64,000 bases of DNA from the human T2T-CHM13v2.0 reference genome, Homo sapiens, in assembly GCF_009914755.1 (NCBI RefSeq), contig NC_060939.1; one strand, written 5' to 3'. The notes under the pieces are model-generated. The model was not told the DNA's origin. It was given only the letters and a program-made list of their open reading frames with translations, and did not search any database. The position numbers were made by a program, and so were the translations under genes. Every line of letters starts with the position of its first letter. Position 1 is the stretch's first letter. Positions 54,617 to 64,000 of the stretch are shown one piece after another.

Positions 54617-56929
54617 GTCATCCTCAGAGTCCTAATTCTGTCCAGTTTGCATCAGGCCTCCTCAGTCTCTGTAGCCCAAAGCACACGATAGGGTACCAAT
54701 GTTCAAGGCTCTGCTTTATTTTGAAATTCAGCTGGTGAAGCTATTATATTCTACCTTTCTCCAAGTAGTATGCAATGCAAAGTGGCAATTTTACACCGTG
54801 CTAGCCCAACATAAATTCACAGATGAGTGCACACCTTATTTGGAATAAAGAGAAACACAACAGTTATTAAAGGGGTGATTACCTTCCCAGGGACCATGAA
54901 TTTAAAATTATGCAAAATCGGAGGTCGGTCTCTACAAGTTCACATAGTGATTTAAATGGGGGTAACAATGAATATAATATCTTCTAACATGTTAAAACTT
55001 CCACAGCAAACCTCTTATATAATGCTTTGTTGCTTCATTGATTTGATAAGTTTGTGGGGGTACATTTTGCATTCATATACGACGTATAAAGTATCTTGTT
55101 TGCTTTACAAAAATGAAACATCAATAATAACAATCCTCAGGTTGCTATGATTTCTCTGTCATTCATACTGAGTGCTCAGTGTCAGGAACAGCATTTGTTT
55201 TGCCCTTGAGGAATTTGCAGAGCAGTTAGTAGGTATCGGTGTCCTTTGTAGTGGTTCAAATAACATATAACTATCGTAATATATTTGAAATAAGCCAATT
55301 ATTATGCCATTTGAACATCTATCCTCCTTAAGATATATCCTGGGTTTTACTGAAGGACTTCTCTCTTAATAACGTTTTTCTTTATGATATGAGCGTCCTG
55401 GCTGGAAGAGAGCTGAGCTTCAGATACATGGTGTTGGAGTAAGGAGAGAGTCTTTTCCCTCAATGGTTATTTGCATGGGGGCTAAGGAGCCTCCTAGTTG
55501 GGGAGGTGAACTTGAACTGTAGCAACAATCAAGATTCAAACATGCATAGACAAGTATGATGGCTTGAAGAGGAGACTGCAGGCAGAAGTCAGGAGACAGG
55601 GATGGAAAAGAAGGGTCACTGTGAGAGAATCTGGCAGGGCCAACAGACTCAGCCACAAGTCAGCAAGTAAATGGGGAGATGCTGAAATGGGTGAAATGTT
55701 CTCCTTCAGTATGGTGGCTGGTGTTTGAACTCATTTTACCCTCTCTTCCAGGGGCTGTGCACACCTTAGGTAGAAAGAGCTATACATGTGAACTGAAACA
55801 ACTCTCTCACCAAATTCTAAGACACTTTGGGGCTCAAACTACTCTATTCAAACTACCCATCTAAATGAGCACAGAGACAGAAAACGTTTTCCTCACTTCA
55901 ACACGGGCTGCTATCCTGTCACGGTAATGAACGACGGAAGAAGGCTGGTGGCTGGGGCCTTCTCATAACCATGAGAAGAAACAATAAAGAAAAATAGGGG
56001 TGGTGTGGTTTGGGGTGGTCAAGGCCAATGTTGAAGACATTGATACAGCTCAGAATAGCAGGCAGCATCCAATGGTGAGTGGAAGCCCAGATTAATTCCA
56101 AAACACACATAAAACATGTCTACCTCTTTGGGAACTCAAAAAATGTGAGGTTGGGATGAGCTGCATGAAGGACTGCATTACCTGAACAAACGGGTGAGGG
56201 CTTGAGGCTCTGGGGGCGCTCGTCTTTAATGTTAATGAGACTCATTCATACCATGGGCTGGGGAGGCTTGGAAATATTTTAGTTACATAAACTGACATCA
56301 ACCCCTCTTCTTCTTTTAATTGATATGCAGTCTTAGCCCTGTTATCATCTCTGATCTTGACCATTTCCCTTAGCCACTGGGCAACCAATGTCTCCTTCTG
56401 AACAGTTGGGAGAAATGTAAATTCACTGTTTTTTCTCCAGAGCAGCCAGAGGTTCCTTAATTTGCATCGTTATATGAGTGCAAAGCATGATGATAAAATA
56501 TGCAATTCTTAAGAAATGTCAAAGACAGCTCATTAGATCAACTTTTTTTTCTGTGTATTTTTTTTTCTTTTTAAACAGGGACCACTGTGCTTCCTTTCAA
56601 GTGACAAGAGTTGTGACAGCTGCTCTATAAGGTATTCAATGGTTAATTAAGACACGAGTGTCATTGCTGAGCTCTTTTGTGTTTCATAGAAAGCAGTTGC
56701 TAAACAGATGAAAGTAGGTCTGAGGCAAGGGGTAGCATAACTATTATTTCAATTAATAAATAGCTCTAAAAGTGAAGGAAGTGATAAAGCCCTCAAGAGC
56801 GTCTGTATCTGCCCCGGTTCTGTCAGGAAAATTAAACAGAGCACTTGTGATTGCCATTGCTTCTGTTTAAGAGATCCAAGCAAGTAGGGTCACCTGTGCT
56901 GAGCAGGTTAGAGCCGGCCTGGTTCTTGG

Positions 56930-56946
56930 GGCACCCCCTAGTGACA
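56930..56946 (-). promoter_or_regulatory. Candidate CTCF site
   Basis: Minus strand TCACTAGGGGGTGC is 12/14 to CCACTAGGGGGCGC; motif match only. Confidence 0.45.
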
Positions 56947-57999
56947 TGTTCCTATACCCTAGGATATCCCTTTCCTTGCTACTGAAAGAAATGGTGCTGA
57001 ATTCACCTTGTTCTTCCACCCTCATCATCCTTTATTCTCCCCCTCTCTTCTACCAAAGAAGCCCTAAAATGTATTTTCAGATAAATATCAGGAAAGCATT
57101 TATAAATATTTCAGAGGTGTTTCATAAATAAATCAGCAAATCTACAAAAAGACTTCTCTCTTTTAATGAGATCTTGTCTGTGGTATATCCCTTTTACTTG
57201 AGCATCATTAAAACCAGTTGGGAAGATTTTTATACTGGACTCTCTTTTCGGGGGCTTCATAATATATGAACAAGCCTGCTATGCGTCTGTGAAACATGTA
57301 GCCTCTTCTTCTGACAGATTAGGCAGCCCTGGCGCGAGGGAATAGCTTTTACTCTTTTTAAAGTAAATACTAATCAATAGCAACTGTACCGACAAAAACC
57401 TTCTTGCTGCCTAATTGCACCACAGCTACTCATAGACCCCAACAGAATTTTCCCCTAGATGTAACAAAATTAACTACCAGGGGCTGAGCTAGTGAATTAT
57501 CACCATCTCTCTATTCAAATGTAATTAACACAACCCCCCAACTACCACATGTACCATTAAAGTACCATTTGTATGTGTAATTTTCAAACAGGGTCTAAAG
57601 GTCGTGCCCACATCAATCTTTTCAACACACACAGCTGCACAGGAAATCAAACTGGCAGGGAGGTGGTCGCAGCCATTCTAGGAAATCTCTCCCTCTCTCA
57701 GATATTGTTTGTAGTTTCTCTTCTGCAGCTTAATGCCCTCTGTGGTCTCTTTGGCCGTGTCAGAAATAGCCAGACTGTATCAGAGGCAAACAAGTGATTT
57801 AAGGAATTTTAGGAAGCCAATCTAGTACCCAGCCCTGGCCAATCCAGGGGCTAGCTATGCAGAAATCTTACTGATAGCTTGGGATGGATACTACGGCCAC
57901 GGTGGTTAATAATAACTAAGATTTTTATTGTACATTCAGATTATAAAAAAACTTGTACCTGCATTTTTCAAACTCATTATTATTATTGGCAATTGTAGT

Positions 58000-58230
58000 A
58001 ATACCAGGGGCTATATATTGAGCATTTGAGCTAAGAGCTGTACATCTATAGTTTGTCAATTAATCCTCATAACAACTTTATGAGTTAGGAATTATTTCCT
58101 CTATTTTAAAACCAAGGAAACTGAGGCTCAGAGTGAGTGTGTGACTCAAAATGCTCCAAGCAGCTAGAAGGAGGGAGCACCAGGGTTTGAACCCGATTTT
58201 CTGACTCTGAGGCTCGTTCTGACACATAAT
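58000..58230 (-). mobile_element. MIR SINE
   Basis: TTAATCCTCATAACAAC...AGGAAACTGAGGCTCAGAG...GGGTTTGAACCC...CTGACTC. Confidence 0.8.
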
Positions 58231-58309
58231 CACTTTGGGAGGGAGGTATCATCATCATCCTCAGCCCCCCACCAACATTATCATCATCACCACCATCATC
58301 ATCAACATC

Positions 58310-58600
58310 ATCTGCCTTTCATACATGAGGTAAACAAGGTACAGAGAGGTGAAGCAGCTTGTTCAGGGCTACACGGCACAGAAGAGTATGGAAGAAGAGG
58401 CTTGGAGGCAAGATAAAGGCAAGGGGCAGTCATTGGGGATTCATGGAATAGATGTCTCTCTAAATGTCTCTCATGTCCTGGTGGCCATTCCATCTGTCAC
58501 TTTCAAAAGTCAGTGGAAAGAGCAATGTAAGAGGAGTCAGGAGTCAGGGGCCATCCACTCAGACCAGACACCAGCTGGGTGACCTTGACCTTGACATTCC
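58310..58600. mobile_element. Additional MIR fragments (minus about 58310-58400, plus about 58510-58600)
   Basis: ATGAGGTAAACAAGGTACAGAGAGGTGAAG; CCAGCTGGGTGACCTTG. Confidence 0.5.
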
Positions 58601-61600
58601 CTCTCTGGGCTCCGTGCTCTTGATTACATAACAAGCTAGATTAGAAGATATCTCAAGTCACTTCCAGATGTAACATTTTAGGCTCTTCATTTGTGAATTA
58701 TTCGTGCTAGAAGAGGCCATATGTGGAAATTTAACACAGCAATACTTTCTCAAAACTTCACCTGTAATGTGCCTGTTAGGACTCAGGCACCCATGTTGTC
58801 ACAAAGCCATCTCTTGATAAAAGGAGGAGCCCTGGGCTGAGGATGCCCACATTTAGCGTTTTTTTTCTCAGAAATACTCTGCCACTCCCAGAGCCAACAC
58901 GTACAAATAGCATTTGCTGCACACCCTCCACTTCCCATGTGTCATTTGGCAAGGCTGCCCCGCTTGTCAAGAGGGCTATGCAAAGTCACCAAGGTCTGTA
59001 ACTCCAGTTAGAACTCAAACACTAATTTTTCAGCAGCAGAGTCTGTTGTGAGAAACCTTGCTCCCAGGTGCACAGTGAACACAGAGGGTCCTTCTCTAAT
59101 GGGACTCCCTTGACTTCTTCCACTCAAAGACGCCTGGTTCCAGCCTGTGAGGCTGTGCATGGGGTCAGCTCCAATGCTCGGAACGTCCCGCCTCCACCCA
59201 GATACACACTGACCACATGTGTCTGGGGCTCCTGAGTTTTTCTCTGCCCATAGCTCACCCAGGGCATGAGTGCCTTCTGCAGTTTAGTTTATAGTTGATC
59301 CATGCTGGTGAGGCCTGCCTCTGAGTCAGGGCCACCATTAGCCTGGCCTTGAGGGGACATGCACCTTCATGCCTGAGCTGACCGTAGGGTGTGTGTGGAG
59401 GGGGCGCTTTTGGTGTCCAGAGGCACTTGGCATCACATTATATCCATTTAAATATGTTTTCCCTTGATTCTGAATGAACTGAGAGAAACAAAAAATACTA
59501 ATCAAAATGGAATGCAAATATCCAAGGCTCCTTTCTCTCAGAAAATGCCCTATTTTCCCCCCTCCATGGTACTAATGTTTTAGAAATAGAAGGCACCTCT
59601 GGAGAGACAGGATAATACCAAATTTTCAAATCTGTAGAAAATGAGTACAGGGGTAGGCGGCACTATTAGTGCTACTAAAAATAAGCTTTGGGAAGCTACA
59701 GTAAATGGAAAAACCAGAAGAGTCATTCCTTTTTTAAACTGTACTGAAAATCCTGTATGTTCAGGAGCCATTTTCTCCAGAGATTCCAACAATAATACTT
59801 GGAATTCAATATCCATTTCTACAGTGGTCTCTCTCCCATTTTGTCCCCCTCCCTTCACCACTGCCCCAGTAATGCAGGCTAAATATTAAGCTTATTACCC
59901 CCACAGAAAGCGTGGTTCTGCCAACTGAACATTGTGCCAGATACCAAGAATTGAGGCGATTATGCCCTGCATGCTGCTTGGTATACTGAAGATGGGCGTT
60001 CTTTTACTTTATTTTTATTTCATTTCATTTTTTTTTTTTATTAAAGAGAGTTCTACTGTAGACAAACAACCCAGGGATTGTTTGAAGAAAAGGGATATCC
60101 CCTCAGACCTGGGGATGCATTTCTCCCTCAGTGGCTAAACCTCTTTGTCATTATTACCTCCAGAGAGAGACACCCAGGGATCTGCTCACACCACCCATCT
60201 CCAGGCAAGTTGAAGCATGTCCTGGAAAGCCACCTGAACCCTGGACAGCTCCGCCTGACTAGAGAAATGGTGGCAAAGGAATTCTTGCTGTGGTCCCAGC
60301 GGTGAGCATAACAGAGTTACCTCTCTCCACCCCAAATATTCAGACTGCAAGGACACTGGCTCCCAAGCTTCGACCTGCTTGGAGTTCCATTCCAGGTACT
60401 CTGCTGATGTCTCGGCCAGCCTCAGCCACAGACTCCCAGCTGAGCTGAGCTGTTCTGAGGAGTCAGGAAATTTGGGGGATTTTAACAGAGAAACAAAGCC
60501 TGGCACCCCATGTGTCAAAGCTCTGGATACTAGCTCTTTAGAACCTAGGTGGGCTAACGGGAAAAGTCAATGTTAGCAGTAAACCCAAGATCAAAACTTA
60601 TTCCATGCCTTTCCATCTTCTCTCAAACATAGCCTTTATCGAACGATTGAACCCTCACACACATAAATAAATGGAGAAAGATGTACTCTGAAAAAAAACC
60701 ATAGAAAATAGAGTCACAAGTTATTTATAAAGGGGAGATTTGTTAAAGTAGCCAATCTACTTCCCTCATTTTATAGGCAGAGAGACAGAGGAAGAGCAGG
60801 TTGAAGGTTCTGAACAGGATCCCCACTAAGCGTGGGTCACATTAGGGGACAGAACACTAGCATGGGCTTTTGCCTCCTAATTCAGCGTTCTCACCACCCT
60901 TGTTGTTCCATAGAGCCTCTGGAAAGAGAGTGGCCTCAAGTGGGACTGGAGTGAAAGGCCAAGATTGAGAACGCCTACCTATTTTTTACAAGGTGGTCTG
61001 GAATGTATTATTATTTTTTTTCCTTCTTTATTTCAGTCTGGGCATTTTTGCCTCTTAAAAGCAGCTAACCCTTTACCACGGAGGTGATGCAGAAATCTAC
61101 TCATCAAGTAAGCCTGAAAGCCCTTTGCTTCCTGCAGAAAAATCTATATGTGCCCTTCAGCCTCATAATTGAGTTGCAAAGGGGAAAAATAAAATTGTTT
61201 CCTGGCTGTGTGGAGCCATTCTACCCAACATGCCAATAAAAAGCAAGTGGTGTTTTTGTCCATAGGATGTCCAGGTTCAGAGTCAGATCCATGAGGCTAA
61301 ACAAGGGCTAGGTTATTACCAACAAATGATTACACTCCAGGTTGTATTGAACAGAGTGAGATATGTGAACTCTTGAGACTAATTGGAAGGGGAAATGTCA
61401 ATGTTGACATCCCCTGACTGGATTCCCTAAACCACAGTGGAAACTAACCCAGAATCTTAAAAATGCTGGCTTCCAGAAAGCCCTATTCTTATCAGGAAAT
61501 GTGAATATTAATCCCAGGCAAGTCACTTAGCCACTACTGTTTTTCTTTGCCATCAGATAGTAATAGCCATCTGCGGTATCTTTTTTCAGAAAATTATTTG

Positions 61601-61689
61601 GAAGATCAAGTAAATAGAGTAGAGCATTTTAACTAGTGAAATACTCCTCTTATTCAATCACAGTTATTCTCTGCAGTATGTGGAAGCAG

Positions 61690-61860
61690 GTTAACACCAT
61701 CTACCTCAAAACAACTTTGTGAAGTTGGGGGTCCCGTTTTAGACATGGGAGGACTGAGACTCAGAGAGTTTAGGTGGCTCATCTAAATTCACAAAGAACT
61801 TAGAGAGCAACAGACAAGGTACAAACCCAGATTGGCTAGTTCCATCTCATTTTCTCCATG
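61690..61860 (-). mobile_element. MIR SINE
   Basis: ACAACTTTGTGAAGT...GACTGAGACTCAGAGAG...AAACCCAG. Confidence 0.6.
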
Positions 61861-62030
61861 GAATCACATGGCTTCTCTCTTGATACATGCAAAATGCTTT
61901 TAAAGGTTAAAAGAGTGATACTGTAACAACTAATTGAATTCATCCCCACACTGTCAGTCATGTCAATATTTAGGAGTTCACACTTCTCTCCATGGACATA
62001 AATCATCTTTATGAGGCTCTGGCTGTTTTT

Positions 62031-62413
<383 letters not shown>

Positions 62414-62827
62414 TAGTTGTATCTGATTCACTGGTGGACTGATGGAATGCCTGGACTAGTCTTCAACACACGTTCTGCTCTCAAGGCCATTTCCACGGCC
62501 ATGTTTGAGAACATCAGATCAACCCAATTTTCTGTCATACTCAGTCAGTTGACTTTACTGGCGGAAAAAATAGATAGTTGCCTTCCTGTTGTGATTTCTA
62601 GGATCTTAGGGGAAAGCCCTTCTTCTTCACTACCCTTCTATCCCTTCCCTTAAGGTTTTAAATCCTTGAATGAGGATTTTAAAAATCATTCTAGAATGAA
62701 AGACAGGTTTAAAGTGCAAATATATTAAAAAGCCAAGGACGCATTCTTTAATGAGTAAGTAAAATACTAAGCAATTCGTTTTGGGAGAAAGAAGGGCTAA
62801 AAGAGAAAAGTGTCAGGTAACGGATTT

Positions 62828-63140
<313 letters not shown>

Positions 63141-63258
63141 AGTAACTGATTTGAGGGAAGGTCACAGAGGTGGAGAAAGGGCACAACAGGCATATTAGAA
63201 ACTCCTCAGTTCGTCCAATATTTTGCTTAAGGCAATGCCTGTTAAACTCTCTGAACCA

Positions 63259-63585
63259 GACCAGGTGCAGTGGCTCACGCCTATAATCCCAGTACTTTGG
63301 GCGACCCATGTGGGAGGATTACTTGAGGCCAGGAGTTTCAGACCAGTCTGGGCAACATGGCAAAACCCTGCCTCTACAAAAAAAGAAAGAAAGAGAAAAA
63401 AATAGCCAGATGTGGGGGGGCTGCATCTGTCGTTCTAGCTACTTGGGAGGCTGAGATGACAGGATCGCTTGAGCCCACGAGTTCAAGGCTATAGTGAGCT
63501 ATGATTGCACCACTCTATTCCATCCAGCCTGGGCAATAGAGGGAGACCATGCCTCAAAAAACAAAACAAAACAAAACAAAAAAAC
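63259..63585 (+). mobile_element. AluJ with a (CAAAA)n tail
   Basis: CTTGAGGCCAGGAG and CTTGAGCCCACGAGTTCAAGGCTATAGTGAGCTATGAT. Confidence 0.9.
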
Positions 63586-63602
63586 AAAAAAATCACCACC
63601 TC

Positions 63603-63927
<325 letters not shown>

Positions 63928-64000
63928 TCACCACCTCTAGGTGCTAGAGAAACAGTGTTTGGGGAATCCATTAACAGGTGTGATTTAAAAATTTTTTACA

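Overview
Primate (human-like) non-coding genomic DNA: CpG-depleted, with about 18 Alu/FLAM copies (AluJ, AluS and AluY types, most with visible target-site duplications), many MIR and L2 relics, L1 3' ends, LTRs (MST, MLT1, MER21), hAT DNA transposons (MER5A, MER20, MER58A, MER63) and microsatellites. I find no supportable protein-coding gene, RNA gene or CRISPR array, and I cannot name the locus. The ORF track looks like repeat-derived or chance ORFs. The most unusual structure is a ~300-bp, ~95%-identical inverted duplication (25289-25587 vs 26282-26580). Its second copy splits a MIR element and carries serial short templated repeats at one junction, as expected from template-switch repair. 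Other items of note are a pre-miRNA-sized near-perfect hairpin (20684-20746), several strong G-quadruplex motifs, close inverted Alu pairs, a candidate CTCF site and candidate enhancer/promoter motif clusters. Repeat families were recognised by eye from remembered consensus sequences, so boundaries and subfamilies are approximate. I see no evidence for a new multi-gene biological system.
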